Assembly (NCBI RefSeq): GCF_039961615.1
Contig: NZ_JABRWE010000034.1
Location: forward strand, 96,503 to 160,502
DNA length: 64,000 bases
Source of the DNA: Ignavibacterium sp.
Lineage (GTDB): Bacteria > Bacteroidota > Ignavibacteria > Ignavibacteriales > Ignavibacteriaceae
Direction of reading: 5' to 3'
Shown piece by piece: positions 24,208 through 34,606 of this stretch. The stretch's first letter is position 1. Each line of letters opens with the position of its first letter. The position numbers were made by a program, and so were the translations under genes. Under the pieces are notes generated by a model, which was given only the letters and a program-made list of their open reading frames with translations, was not told where the DNA came from and did not search any database.

Positions 24208-26010
24208 TTACTCATACAAATAATATTTTTTTGAAATTCTTTTGAAGTTATCAATGTCTTTATTCAAATAAGGAATAATCTCTTCAACCTTTTGATTTAT
24301 AATAAATTTTTCGCGAATCTTGTTTGTGCCGAGAACTTTATCAAACATATCGTTATTGCTTCCTTCTACAATTAAATTTTTTCCATACAATTCATTTACT
24401 GCCTGAAGAAAATAAAACTGAATTGGAATCAGTTCAACGATATCATAATCAAGAATATGAATTTGAACTCCATTTAACATTTTATCTTTTCCGAAAGCGT
24501 AATATGGTTTATAAGTAATCGGTCGGAAAATTACTCCCGGCAAATTGTATGAGTTCATCTTGTTAGCTAACTCAACAGAATTAATCCACTCAGCGGCAAA
24601 AGTCTGGAAGGGAAGAGTATAACCAATTCCAATTGAAACAACTCCGCGAAGTTCACCGACAATTCCGGAAGCAGCATAATAAAATGCCGAGTAAGGATGG
24701 GGAATATGTGGTGATGTTAAAACCCATGGCAAACCGGTTTCTTCAAAATAAATACTTCTGTTCCAACCTTCCATTTTAACAACTGATAATTTGCACTTAG
24801 CTTTATTGTTCAACAAACCTTCTTCATTCAATAGCATAGCTAACTCACCAACTGTTAAACCGTGTATGTATGGAATTGAAAACTGACTGACAAAAGAATA
24901 AAAACCATCTTCAACTAAGTTTCCTTCAACTCTGTTTCCACCAAGAGGATTTGGTCTATCGAGTATAACAACTTCTTTATTATTCTCGGCTGCTGCTTCC
25001 ATTACCAATCCCATTGTGCTTATGTAAGTATAAGAACGGCTACCAATATCCTGAATATCAAATACCAAGACATCAACATCTTTTAACATTTCAGTTGTTG
25101 GTTTTCTTGTTTTTCCATAGAGAGAGTAAACAGGAAGTTTCGTTGATTCATCAATATAAAAATCAACATATTCACCGGCAGAATAATTTCCTCTGACTCC
25201 GTGTTCAGGTCCGTAAAGAGCGACGAGATTTACTTCCGGAGCTTCAAATAGAATATCAATTGTTGATTTTAGTTTGCTATCTATACCGGTTGGATTTGTA
25301 ACTAATCCAACTCTTTTGCCTTTCAGAATATCAAAGTTTTTTTCACGCAAGACTTCAATGCCGGTTTTCACTTTTGCTTTAGTCTTTACAATCATTTTCT
25401 TTTCGTGAACCATTCTTACAATAGTTCCATCTTCGATGTACTTGTATAAATCTTTTCCGGGACAGACAGTTTGATTTGTATAATCTTTGTGTCCGCGAAT
25501 ATTATTATCAGCTACATTGTATTTGTCTTTAAGAAAAGAAATTAGATTTACCAAAGCATTAAGCTGACTTTGATTAATTTTTTGTTCCTCATAATTACCA
25601 ACAACACAAATCAATGCGTGTCCAGTTACATCATAATCTGTGTTTGTATCACCCGGATAATTTATTGGTCGTGTTTCATAAATATTTCCTTTGAGGTCAA
25701 TCATAAAATGATAAGGAATATCAATCCATTTCTTTTCTCTTCTGCTCCAGCTCTGAAGATTTCTTAAGTACTGAATCATATTTTTATCTTCAGCAAAAAA
25801 TTCTCCACCGTGATGTATTGTTATTTTATCAATTTTATGTTGAGGCAAAGTTTGTGTAAGTGGTTGCCAACCCCAGTCTGAGCGCGATATAACTTTCAGA
25901 TCAGCGGGATAATGTAAATCGGAAATAATAATCATCTCAGAGGTTGTTGCGCACTGAGAGAATAAAAATACAATTAAAAGAATACTGGGAATTTGTATAA
26001 GCTTCGTCAT
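24208..26010 (-). CDS. lipoprotein fusion: N-acetylmuramoyl-L-alanine amidase (Amidase_2/PGRP fold) + DUF1343/NamZ-like exo-beta-N-acetylmuramidase
   Basis: The lipobox is LFSQC. The amidase_2 motifs are ITIHHGG, IPYHFMID..G.IYETRP and GHKDY...CPG. The DUF1343 part starts at KRVGLVTNPTGID and continues with LYGPEHG and FDIQDIGSRSYTYIST. Confidence 0.8.
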   Translation of the reverse strand: MTKLIQIPSILLIVFLFSQCATTSEMIIISDLHYPADLKVISRSDWGWQPLTQTLPQHKIDKITIHHGGEFFAEDKNMIQYLRNLQSWSRREKKWIDIPYHFMIDLKGNIYETRPINYPGDTNTDYDVTGHALICVVGNYEEQKINQSQLNALVNLISFLKDKYNVADNNIRGHKDYTNQTVCPGKDLYKYIEDGTIVRMVHEKKMIVKTKAKVKTGIEVLREKNFDILKGKRVGLVTNPTGIDSKLKSTIDILFEAPEVNLVALYGPEHGVRGNYSAGEYVDFYIDESTKLPVYSLYGKTRKPTTEMLKDVDVLVFDIQDIGSRSYTYISTMGLVMEAAAENNKEVVILDRPNPLGGNRVEGNLVEDGFYSFVSQFSIPYIHGLTVGELAMLLNEEGLLNNKAKCKLSVVKMEGWNRSIYFEETGLPWVLTSPHIPHPYSAFYYAASGIVGELRGVVSIGIGYTLPFQTFAAEWINSVELANKMNSYNLPGVIFRPITYKPYYAFGKDKMLNGVQIHILDYDIVELIPIQFYFLQAVNELYGKNLIVEGSNNDMFDKVLGTNKIREKFIINQKVEEIIPYLNKDIDNFKRISKKYYLYE

Positions 26011-26017
26011 AGTAACT

Positions 26018-26872
26018 TTAAATTAAAATAGGTGTGTATTTAGTATTGATTATTTCGCCTTCCTGTAATCCAATGCAGGAGGTATGTGTTTTATTTCTTT
26101 CATCGGATGAATCAAATGTAACTCCGTCTTTTATATAAATGACAGTCATTGCTTCACGCATCTGATTAGTTTTGTTTTCACCAGCACCGTGAAAAGTTAA
26201 ACCTGAGTGAAAAGTTGCATCTCCGGCTTTTAGTGGGACAAAAACTTTTTCTTCGTTTTTAAGAAATTCAGGCTGATGAGGATTCTTGAAAATATCCACA
26301 TACTCTCTGAGGTTTGGATCATTAGTCTTTGGATAGAAATAAAGACAACCTTTTTCAACCGGAACATCAACAAGAGCAAGCCACATTGTTGATGTAAATT
26401 GTGCTTGGTGAATAGGCCAGTAACTGCAGTCCTGATGAGCATCGGTAACTCTGCCACCGGGTTCTTTGAATAATGCCTGATCGTGCCAGAGTCTGATATG
26501 TTCTGCCTGCATTAAGTCTCGAACAATTCCTGCAAATCTTTTTGCGAACACAATTTCTTTTACAGCAGGAAAATCCCAACACAAATATCCACATTGAAGG
26601 AATGATTGTTCATACTGTGATTTTTGTTTCAAATCTCTTTCATCTTTTCCTTTTCTTATAAAAACAGCAGCTTCAATAATTCTTCTCAGTTCAGTCAGAT
26701 AATTTTCTTCAACAACATTTTCAATTTTTACATAACCATTGTTGTGGTAGAAATTAATTTGCTCTTTGTACAACTCTTTTGGTGTGTTAAGAAATTGTTT
26801 TAATGAATCTGATATATCAGAATTAAGAATTTCAATTGCTGATGATTCAGTTAATCCTTCAATTCTAACCAT
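26018..26872 (-). CDS. phytanoyl-CoA dioxygenase (PhyH) family Fe(II)/2-oxoglutarate oxygenase
   Basis: It has NGYVKIENVV and an H-x-D motif in AHQDCSYWP, with the distal His in TFHGAGEN. There is an 8-nt gap to the downstream amidase-NamZ gene. Confidence 0.75.
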   Translation of the reverse strand: MVRIEGLTESSAIEILNSDISDSLKQFLNTPKELYKEQINFYHNNGYVKIENVVEENYLTELRRIIEAAVFIRKGKDERDLKQKSQYEQSFLQCGYLCWDFPAVKEIVFAKRFAGIVRDLMQAEHIRLWHDQALFKEPGGRVTDAHQDCSYWPIHQAQFTSTMWLALVDVPVEKGCLYFYPKTNDPNLREYVDIFKNPHQPEFLKNEEKVFVPLKAGDATFHSGLTFHGAGENKTNQMREAMTVIYIKDGVTFDSSDERNKTHTSCIGLQEGEIINTKYTPILI

Positions 26873-27097
26873 TGATTATTACCTGTTTATAAAAGAAAAT
26901 AATTGCATAACTAATCTAAATGCATAAAAAACTTTCTTCAAATAATTTTTTACCAATGATGGATGAATGCGAAATATTCTATCAAAAAATTTTTTGTAAT
27001 AACTAAAATCTTCTTTTGTATTTTTATAAAAGATAATTCGGAAAATATTTTTTGGTTAAATCATCACAGAATTTTTAATAACTTCACACAGGAATCT

Positions 27098-28585
27098 ATG
27101 GAACATCACGGTTTCCTTTCAATACTTCCACCTGTTTTAGCAATTGCACTTGCAATTAAAACTCGTCAGGTTTTTGTTTCACTTCTATTTGGAATTTGGC
27201 TGGGCTGGATAATTCTCAGCGATGGAAATTTTGTAAATGGCACAACTGCAACAGTTCAGGCACTTGTTGATGTCTTTAAAGATGCAGGAAATACAAGAAC
27301 CATTATGTTCAGCAGTTTAGTTGGTGCACTGATAGCTTTCATTCAAAGGTCTGGTGGAGTAGCAGGATTTGTTAAATTGATAAACGGATTTCTCGATAAA
27401 CTTGAAAAGAAAAAAATTGGCAACAGAAGAAAAACAGTCCAACTAATTGCATGGGCAACCGGAACTGCAATTTTCGTCGAATCAAGTATCAATGCTTTGA
27501 CAGTAGGAACTGTGTTCAGACCAATATTTGATAAACTAAAAATACCAAGAGAAAAACTTGCATACATTGCTGATTCAATTTCAGCACCTACTTGTATTTT
27601 AATTCCGCTGAATGCCTGGGGAGCTTATATAATGGGTTTGATTGCTGCTCAGGGTTTTGCAAATCCTCTTGAAGTTTTGGTCAAAGCTTTTCCTCTAAAC
27701 TTTTATCCAATGCTTGCAATGGCGATGGTTTTATTCGTAATAATAAGTCAAAAAGATTTTGGTCCGATGAAGAAAGCAGAGAAGCGAGCAAGAGAAGAAG
27801 GTAAAGTATTGAGAGATGGAGCAATTCCATTAATTTCCGCTGATGTTGTTTCACTCGAGAAAAAAGATAATGTAAAAGAAAAAGCAATCAATATGATTCT
27901 GCCTATTTCTGTGATGGTTGGAATGATGCCTTTGATGTTGCTTTACACCGGTTGGAGTCAGGTTGAAAATATTTCATCATACAAATGGTATGAACAAATA
28001 TTCTTTGCATTGGGAAAAGGTTCGGGCTCAACTGCAGTTTTATATTCTGTATTAACTGCGATTATCGTTAGCAGTGTTTTATACATCTCTCAGAAGATTT
28101 TTACTTTTTCTGAAACAATTGATCTTATATTCAAAGGAATAAGTGGTTTGATACCTTTAGCTTTGCTAATGATGTTAGCTTTTGCGATAGGAACAGTTTG
28201 TCGGGAACTTGGAACAGGTAATTACACAGCAGAACTTTCCAAACAATGGCTATCTCCGAATTTTGTTCCGGTAATTGTTTTTTTAGTTGCATGCTTTATT
28301 GCCTTTTCAACAGGAACTTCGTGGGGAACTTTTGCTATTATGATTCCGATTGGAGTTCCAATGGCGCAAGCTCTTGATGCAAATCTTTATCTTACAATTG
28401 CAGCAGCACTTGGAGGTGGTGTTTTTGGTGATCATTGTTCACCGATTTCTGATACTACAATTATTTCATCTATGGCTTCTGCAAGTGATCATATTGATCA
28501 TGTAAAAACTCAATTGCCTTATGCATTAACAGCTGGAGCAATTACCGCTATTTTATATTTGATTTTAGGAATAATCATTCACTAA
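27098..28585 (+). CDS. NhaC-family Na+/H+ antiporter-type membrane transporter
   Basis: This is a polytopic membrane protein with LSILPPVLAIALAI.. and GDHCSPISDTTI. I chose the ATG at 27098 (MEHHGF) because the 45 upstream codons of the tracked ORF (from 26963) look non-coding. Confidence 0.8.
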   Translation: MEHHGFLSILPPVLAIALAIKTRQVFVSLLFGIWLGWIILSDGNFVNGTTATVQALVDVFKDAGNTRTIMFSSLVGALIAFIQRSGGVAGFVKLINGFLDKLEKKKIGNRRKTVQLIAWATGTAIFVESSINALTVGTVFRPIFDKLKIPREKLAYIADSISAPTCILIPLNAWGAYIMGLIAAQGFANPLEVLVKAFPLNFYPMLAMAMVLFVIISQKDFGPMKKAEKRAREEGKVLRDGAIPLISADVVSLEKKDNVKEKAINMILPISVMVGMMPLMLLYTGWSQVENISSYKWYEQIFFALGKGSGSTAVLYSVLTAIIVSSVLYISQKIFTFSETIDLIFKGISGLIPLALLMMLAFAIGTVCRELGTGNYTAELSKQWLSPNFVPVIVFLVACFIAFSTGTSWGTFAIMIPIGVPMAQALDANLYLTIAAALGGGVFGDHCSPISDTTIISSMASASDHIDHVKTQLPYALTAGAITAILYLILGIIIH

Positions 28586-28673
28586 ACTGTTTATAGTACT
28601 TTCATTAATTCATAATGCTTTACAAAATTTCTATTTTACATTTGTCTTTAAAAAATATTTTCAGGAAAATTCT

Positions 28674-29591
28674 GTGAAATACCTAATCGGAATTGATGGA
28701 GGCGGAACAAAAAGTAAATGTGTTATTACCGACTTTGAACTTAACCCACTTTATGAAGTAACAGGTGGTCCGTCAAACTTTTTAATGCTGGGAACAGATA
28801 AAGTTGCCGAAACAATTCTCAGTCTTATTATCCAATGTGCTAATCATTTAAATCTCCAGTATGAAGATATTGCCGCAATTGTTTTGGGTACAACAGGTGG
28901 AGGAAGAAGAACCGATGCTGAAGAACTTGAGAGAGCAATAACTCACCTTGCCGCACATAAAAGAATTCCGCTAAAAAATTTTCGGGTTGAAAGTGATGCA
29001 AGAATTGCACTTGAAGGAGCATTCAGTGGAAGACCCGGAAGTATTTTAATTGCAGGTACAGGTTCAATAATGTTCGGAAAAGATAAGTCAGGAAACATTC
29101 ATCGTGTCGGTGGTTTTGGTAGATTTATTGGTGATGAAGGAAGCGGATTCAGGCTTGGTCAGAAAGGATTATCAATGGTTGCAAAAGAATTTGATGGAAG
29201 AGGAAATAAGACTTTGATTTCAGAATTATTAAAAGAAAAATTTAAGATTGACTCACCGGAAAATCTTATAACTGAAATTTACCGGAACAATTTTGATATC
29301 GCTTCCGTTGCACCGTTAGTGATTGAAGCTGCACAAAGAGGAGACAATCCGGCTCAAACAATTATTGAATCAGAAGCTGATGAACTGATTCTTCATATTG
29401 ATTCAATGCGAAAAAAACTCAAAGAGAAAAAATTATTTTTAGCATTGATAGGAAGTTTAATCACAACGGAAAATTATTACTCATTTCGTTTCAAAGAAAA
29501 AGTAGTGCAAAAGTTTGATGATGTAATAATCAAGGATGCTGAAAATCCACCTGAGATAGGTGCTGCAATAATGGCAAAACAGATTTCGTAA
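28674..29591 (+). CDS. BadF/BadG/BcrA/BcrD-type ATPase, N-acetylglucosamine (or MurNAc) kinase-like
   Basis: It has a GTG start. The sugar-kinase phosphate-1 motif is IGIDGGGTKSK, and AGTGS and GDEGSG are also present. Confidence 0.8.
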   Translation: MKYLIGIDGGGTKSKCVITDFELNPLYEVTGGPSNFLMLGTDKVAETILSLIIQCANHLNLQYEDIAAIVLGTTGGGRRTDAEELERAITHLAAHKRIPLKNFRVESDARIALEGAFSGRPGSILIAGTGSIMFGKDKSGNIHRVGGFGRFIGDEGSGFRLGQKGLSMVAKEFDGRGNKTLISELLKEKFKIDSPENLITEIYRNNFDIASVAPLVIEAAQRGDNPAQTIIESEADELILHIDSMRKKLKEKKLFLALIGSLITTENYYSFRFKEKVVQKFDDVIIKDAENPPEIGAAIMAKQIS

Positions 29592-29633
29592 TCAAATCAA
29601 AAAATTTTTCATCCTCGTTAAAAAGGAGACTGA

Positions 29634-31151
29634 ATGTCAAATCAAAAAACTGAATATAGAAATCCTTGGTATTGGGTTCCAAGTTTATATTTTGCTCAAG
29701 GCATTCCTTATGTAATGGTGATGTCAGTTTCTGTTATGATGTATAAAAGATTAGGAGTTTCGAATACCGACATCGCATTTTTTACCAGCTTACTTTACTT
29801 TCCTTGGTTTTTGAAGTTTGCTTGGGGACCTTTTGTTGATATGTTCAAAACAAAAAGGTTCTGGACAGTTACGATGCAGTTTTTTGTTGCTGCTGCTCTG
29901 TTCGGTATTGCTCTGAGTTTGCCAACTTCTTATTTCTGGCATCTGACTTTATTTGTTTTCGCATTGATGGCATTCAGTTCTGCTACTCACGACATTGCTG
30001 CAGATGGATTTTATATGCTCAGTCTTCCTCAAAAAGATCAGGCAGCGTTTGTTGGTGTTAGAAGTACTTTCTATCGTGTAGCAACAATTGTTGGTTCAGG
30101 TTTGCTTGTGATAATTGCAGGCGAATTGGAAGGAAAGTTGGGAATAAAAGGTGCCTGGTCTGTTGTTTTTATTGTGATGGGAATACTCTTTCTAATTCTG
30201 TTTCTTTACCACAAATTTATTTTACCATATCCACTTGAAGATAAAGGAACATTAGCTGATAAAAAATTATCTGCCAAACAGATTTTTCTTCTGATTGGTG
30301 GATTTCTTTTAGTTGCAGTTTCATTTTTTATTCTTTATGAAATCCTGAACTTCTTCCTTTCTTTAATGAATATTTCCTCTATGTGGAAAACTATTACGAG
30401 TACTATTCTTCTCGTGATACTTGCAGTGGTTTTATTCAGAACAATTGTTGCTGCACAAGTTGATAAGTTTGAAAACTCTGGAAATAAAAATGATGCATTC
30501 ACTCCGTTTATCGAGTTCCTGAAAGCATTCGTAGTCTTTATGCGTAAGAAAGATATATGGATAATACTTGCATTTCTTCTTTTCTTCAGATTTGCAGAAG
30601 CTCAACTTGTTAAACTTGTTCAACCGTTTTTATTGGATCCTCGCGATAATGGTGGACTTGGATTAACTACTTCCGAAGTTGGCGTTGTCTATGGAACAAT
30701 AGGTGTTTTGGCTTTAACCGCTGGTGGTTTGCTTGGCGGTTATGTTATTTCAAAAAAGGGATTGAAGTGGTGGTTATGGCCAATGGTTCTTATTATGCAT
30801 TTACCAGATTTGGTTTTTGTTTATTTATCACAAACTCAGCCGACGAATCTTTTTATAATCAGTGCAGCAGTAGCATTTGAACAATTTGGTTACGGATTTG
30901 GCTTCACTGCATATATGATGTATATGATTATGATTTCACAGGGAGAGCATAAAACAGCACACTATGCAATTTGTACCGGTATTATGGCTCTTGGAATGAT
31001 GATTCCCGGTATGTTCAGCGGTGCTTTACAGGAAGCGATTGGATATTCCAATTTCTTTTTGTGGGTTGTTGCTTCGACAATTCCCGGTTTCATCGTTACA
31101 GCTTTAGTAAAAATTGATCCGGAGTTTGGCATTAAAGCAGATAAAAAATAA
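29634..31151 (+). CDS. ampG: AmpG-family MFS muropeptide permease
   Basis: This is a 12-14 TM MFS protein with an N-terminus NPWYWVPSLYFAQGIPYVMV and an HDIAADGFY motif, both typical of AmpG/PAT family permeases. Confidence 0.75.
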   Translation: MSNQKTEYRNPWYWVPSLYFAQGIPYVMVMSVSVMMYKRLGVSNTDIAFFTSLLYFPWFLKFAWGPFVDMFKTKRFWTVTMQFFVAAALFGIALSLPTSYFWHLTLFVFALMAFSSATHDIAADGFYMLSLPQKDQAAFVGVRSTFYRVATIVGSGLLVIIAGELEGKLGIKGAWSVVFIVMGILFLILFLYHKFILPYPLEDKGTLADKKLSAKQIFLLIGGFLLVAVSFFILYEILNFFLSLMNISSMWKTITSTILLVILAVVLFRTIVAAQVDKFENSGNKNDAFTPFIEFLKAFVVFMRKKDIWIILAFLLFFRFAEAQLVKLVQPFLLDPRDNGGLGLTTSEVGVVYGTIGVLALTAGGLLGGYVISKKGLKWWLWPMVLIMHLPDLVFVYLSQTQPTNLFIISAAVAFEQFGYGFGFTAYMMYMIMISQGEHKTAHYAICTGIMALGMMIPGMFSGALQEAIGYSNFFLWVVASTIPGFIVTALVKIDPEFGIKADKK

Positions 31152-31177
31152 TTCTCAAGTCTAATCAGGAGAGTAAA

Positions 31178-33280
31178 ATGAGGAACATCATATCAAAAGT
31201 TTTTTTATTAACATTCATTTCAACGGTTATGCTTGCACAAACTATTTCGAACAATCCTTTTTTTGAAGAGTGGAAAACTCCTTTTCAAACTCCACCATTC
31301 AGCAAAATAAAAAATGAACATTTTCTTCCTGCTCTTGAAGAAGGAATAAAGCAACAAAGAGCAGAATTGGAACAAATTATAAATAATTCTGAATCGCCAA
31401 CATTTCAGAACACAATAGCTGCTCTTGAAAAAAGCGGAAAGCTTTTGACAAAAGTTACTAGAGTATTTTTTAATCTGACAAGTGCAAATACAAATGATGA
31501 ACTTCAGAAAGTAGCTGAAACAATTACTCCGCAATTGACAAAACTGAATAATGATATTTATCTGAATGAAAAACTCTATCAGAGAATAAAAACAATTTAC
31601 GATCAGAGGGAATCACTTAATTTGAACAAAGAAGAACTACGTTTGCTGGAAAATTATTACACTGATTTTACCCGCGCTGGAATCGGATTAAGTGAAGATA
31701 AAAAGAAAAGATTAAGAGAAATAAATGAGCAATTAAGCTCTCTTCAGTTAAAGTTCGGTGATAATCTGAGAAAAGAAACTAATGCATTGGGACTCGTAGT
31801 TGATAAAGAAGAAGATTTAACAGGATTGCCTGATGCTGTAATAAAAGCAGCCGCAGAACTTGCAGAAGCTAATGGTTTGAAAGGGAAGTGGGCTTTTAAT
31901 CTTCAGAGACCAAGCTGGACTCCGTTTCTCCAATATTCACAAAAAAGAGATTTGAGAGAGAAATTATACAAAGCATACATCAACAGAGGCAATAACAATA
32001 ATGAATTTGATAATAAAGAAATCATAAAACAAATTGTTGCTCTTAGAATTGAAAAAGCAAAGTTACTTGGCTATGAAACCTATGCTCACTTCAAACTCGA
32101 AAAAAATATGGCAAAAACCCCTGCAAATGTTTTGAAGTTCTTAAATGAGCTTTGGCTTCCTTCAATCAATCAGGCAAAAGTTGAAGCAGCTGAAATGCAA
32201 AAATTAATTAATGACGAGGGTGGAAACTTCAAATTAGCTGCCTGGGACTGGTGGTACTATGCTGAAAAAGTTAAGAAAGCAAAATACGCTCTTGATGAAG
32301 AAATGCTCAGACCTTATTTCAAGATGGAAAATGTTCGTAAAGGTGCTTTTGATGTTGCAAGCAAGTTATACGGCATTAAATTCATTAAAAGAAATGATAT
32401 CGAAGTTTATGACAATGATGTAGAAGTTTATGAAGTTCAGGAAGCTGATGGTTCGTTAGTCGGAATTCTGTATACGGATTATTATCCGAGAAACGGTAAA
32501 CGTGCCGGAGCGTGGATGAGTTACTACCGCGGACAATCAAATATGGATGGTGAAATGATTTATCCGCTTGTAGTGAATGTCGGTAACTTCACAAAGCCAA
32601 CTTCCGATAAACCTGCTTTGCTCAGCTTTGATGATGTTAATACTCTATTTCATGAATTTGGTCATGCATTAAATGGATTGTTTAACCGTTCAACATATCC
32701 CGGTTCAAAAAGATCTCCGGTTGATTTTGTTGAACTTCCTTCCCAGATAATGGAAAACTGGGCTTCACATCCGGATGTTCTGAAAATGTATGCAAAACAT
32801 TATCAGTCAAATGAACCAATTCCTGATGAGCTTATTCAAAAAATTAAGAACTCCCAATACTTCAACAAAGGATTTGAGCAAACCGAATATCTGGCTGCAT
32901 CTTTTCTTGATATGGATTGGCATACACTAAATCAACCAACTGAAACAGATGTAAATAAATTTGAAGAAGAAAGTTTAAACAGAATTGGCTTGATTCCTGA
33001 AATCGCTTCAAGATATCAAAGCACTAACTTCAATCATATTTTTGGTGGAGATGGATACTCAGCAGGATATTATGGTTATAGCTGGGCAGCTGTTCTTGAT
33101 GCTGATGCATTCGAAGCATTTCTTGAAACAGATTTATTCAATCAGCAGGTAGCAAAATCGTTCAGAGAGAATATTCTTGAGAAAAGCGGAAGCGATGATC
33201 CGATGGAATTGTATAAAAAATTCAGAGGCAGAGAACCAAAAGTTGATGCATTACTAAAGAGATTGGGATTTAAGAAGTAA
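31178..33280 (+). CDS. dcp: M3-family peptidyl-dipeptidase (Dcp-like), exported
   Basis: It has a signal peptide and the zinc motif FHEFGHALNG with a downstream E (VELPSQIMENW). Its length of 700 aa is typical for the family. Confidence 0.85.
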   Translation: MRNIISKVFLLTFISTVMLAQTISNNPFFEEWKTPFQTPPFSKIKNEHFLPALEEGIKQQRAELEQIINNSESPTFQNTIAALEKSGKLLTKVTRVFFNLTSANTNDELQKVAETITPQLTKLNNDIYLNEKLYQRIKTIYDQRESLNLNKEELRLLENYYTDFTRAGIGLSEDKKKRLREINEQLSSLQLKFGDNLRKETNALGLVVDKEEDLTGLPDAVIKAAAELAEANGLKGKWAFNLQRPSWTPFLQYSQKRDLREKLYKAYINRGNNNNEFDNKEIIKQIVALRIEKAKLLGYETYAHFKLEKNMAKTPANVLKFLNELWLPSINQAKVEAAEMQKLINDEGGNFKLAAWDWWYYAEKVKKAKYALDEEMLRPYFKMENVRKGAFDVASKLYGIKFIKRNDIEVYDNDVEVYEVQEADGSLVGILYTDYYPRNGKRAGAWMSYYRGQSNMDGEMIYPLVVNVGNFTKPTSDKPALLSFDDVNTLFHEFGHALNGLFNRSTYPGSKRSPVDFVELPSQIMENWASHPDVLKMYAKHYQSNEPIPDELIQKIKNSQYFNKGFEQTEYLAASFLDMDWHTLNQPTETDVNKFEEESLNRIGLIPEIASRYQSTNFNHIFGGDGYSAGYYGYSWAAVLDADAFEAFLETDLFNQQVAKSFRENILEKSGSDDPMELYKKFRGREPKVDALLKRLGFKK

Positions 33281-33298
33281 AATCATATTTAGAAAGTG

Positions 33299-33321
33299 GA
33301 GACGAGCCATTGGCTCGTCTC
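33299..33321. repeat. REP hairpin
   Basis: GAGACGAGCC (33299-33308), loop ATT, GGCTCGTCTC (33312-33321). The stem is identical to the copy next to the RAYT gene. Confidence 0.8.
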
Positions 33322-33372
33322 ATAAAATACATTAAAAATCAGAAGATTAAGTTCATAACTTATCTAAAACAG

Positions 33373-33393
33373 AGACGACTTAGTCAGTCGTCT
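33373..33393. repeat. REP-like variant hairpin overlapping the 3' end of a minus-strand gene
   Basis: AGACGACT (33373-33380) and AGTCGTCT (33386-33393) share the AGACG core of the REP family. Confidence 0.45.
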
Positions 33394-34588
33394 TAACATT
33401 ATAAAAATCATTATCCATTATCCTTTCAATTCCATTTTTACCAACTGAAGTTAAAATTCTTTTTGCTCTTATAAATGCATTATCGCGGTATTCACTGTAA
33501 TATGGTTTTGTTTTATTAAAACTATTAATTCTTACTCTACCTGATGCGTGAATGAAATCGCCGTCACCAATATAAATTGCAACATGCGTAATTCTTTCTT
33601 TCTTCTCGCCATTCGCTTTAGAACCAAAGAAAAGTAAATCACCAGCTTGAAGATTTTCCCAACCATTTTTTATTTCCACTAATTCACCAGTGTGAACCTG
33701 CTGTGAAGCATCTCTGGGTAAAATTATTCCGTTGAGAAAGTAAACTGTTTTGGTAAATCCGCTGCAATCCATTCCTTTAGCTGAAGTTCCGCCCCACAAA
33801 TAAGGAACACCCATAAATCTGTAGGCAGTTCTAATAATATCTTCACCAATTGGATTTAGCTTTTTATACCATTCATCAAATTTTTCTGATTCTGATTTAA
33901 GAACATAAGCAATTCGTTTATCCGGAAATTCAACCTGATAAAAATCTTTTTCTTGGGACAATAACCTGAGAAGATTTCCTGCAACTAAATCAGAAATATG
34001 TTGTGATTTTATATCTTCAGTTTCATAAGCCCAACCGAATTCATTTGTATAAATAATCTTTTCTGATTTTTTCCATTCATTCCATTCAGTTTCATTCATC
34101 ATTTGAAAGCCATCATCATCAAGCCACGATATGTAGCCATCTGGAGTTTGTACAAGATAATAACCCCATTGTCCTTTCTTCAAAATTTTAATTGGTGTGC
34201 CAAGTAAAGATTGAGTGGAAAGTTCAGCCGGATGATCAGGATTTGTTCTTATATTGGACACAGAGAGATTTATAACTCCATAAATTTTTTCACCAAGTTG
34301 TTTTGAAGGTAGCAACTCAATCATATCTTCGAATTTTATTGCTTCGCCATCAAGAATTTTAATGAGTTCTTTTTTGGCTTCAGGAAGATTTGTTTCTCCT
34401 TTAAGAATAATTTTCTTTTCTGGTTGATCGACTTCGATATTGAATACAGCGACTCTTTTGTCAGGTGCGAATTTTTCTTTTACATCTTTTATAATCGATT
34501 TTACTTTTTCCATATCAGGATTCACCTGTGATAAAATATTATTTGAAAGAATTGATAAAACAAAAACTATTGTTAAAAATTTTTTCAT
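33380..34588 (-). CDS. exported NlpC/P60 (C40) peptidase with N-terminal SH3-like domains (gamma-D-Glu-diamino acid endopeptidase-like)
   Basis: It has a signal peptide. The catalytic Cys lies in GVPYLWGGTSAKGMDCSGF and the His in HVAIYIGDGDFIHAS. Confidence 0.85.
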   Translation of the reverse strand: MKKFLTIVFVLSILSNNILSQVNPDMEKVKSIIKDVKEKFAPDKRVAVFNIEVDQPEKKIILKGETNLPEAKKELIKILDGEAIKFEDMIELLPSKQLGEKIYGVINLSVSNIRTNPDHPAELSTQSLLGTPIKILKKGQWGYYLVQTPDGYISWLDDDGFQMMNETEWNEWKKSEKIIYTNEFGWAYETEDIKSQHISDLVAGNLLRLLSQEKDFYQVEFPDKRIAYVLKSESEKFDEWYKKLNPIGEDIIRTAYRFMGVPYLWGGTSAKGMDCSGFTKTVYFLNGIILPRDASQQVHTGELVEIKNGWENLQAGDLLFFGSKANGEKKERITHVAIYIGDGDFIHASGRVRINSFNKTKPYYSEYRDNAFIRAKRILTSVGKNGIERIMDNDFYNVKTTD

Positions 34589-34606
34589 ACGAAATTTCCT
34601 CTGACT

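Noticed and set aside
26963-27097. A 45-codon N-terminal extension of the NhaC-like ORF.
   Set aside because: The translation MNAKYSIKKFFVITKIFFCIFIKDNSENIFW... looks like translated AT-rich intergenic DNA. The ATG at 27098 gives a typical NhaC N-terminus.
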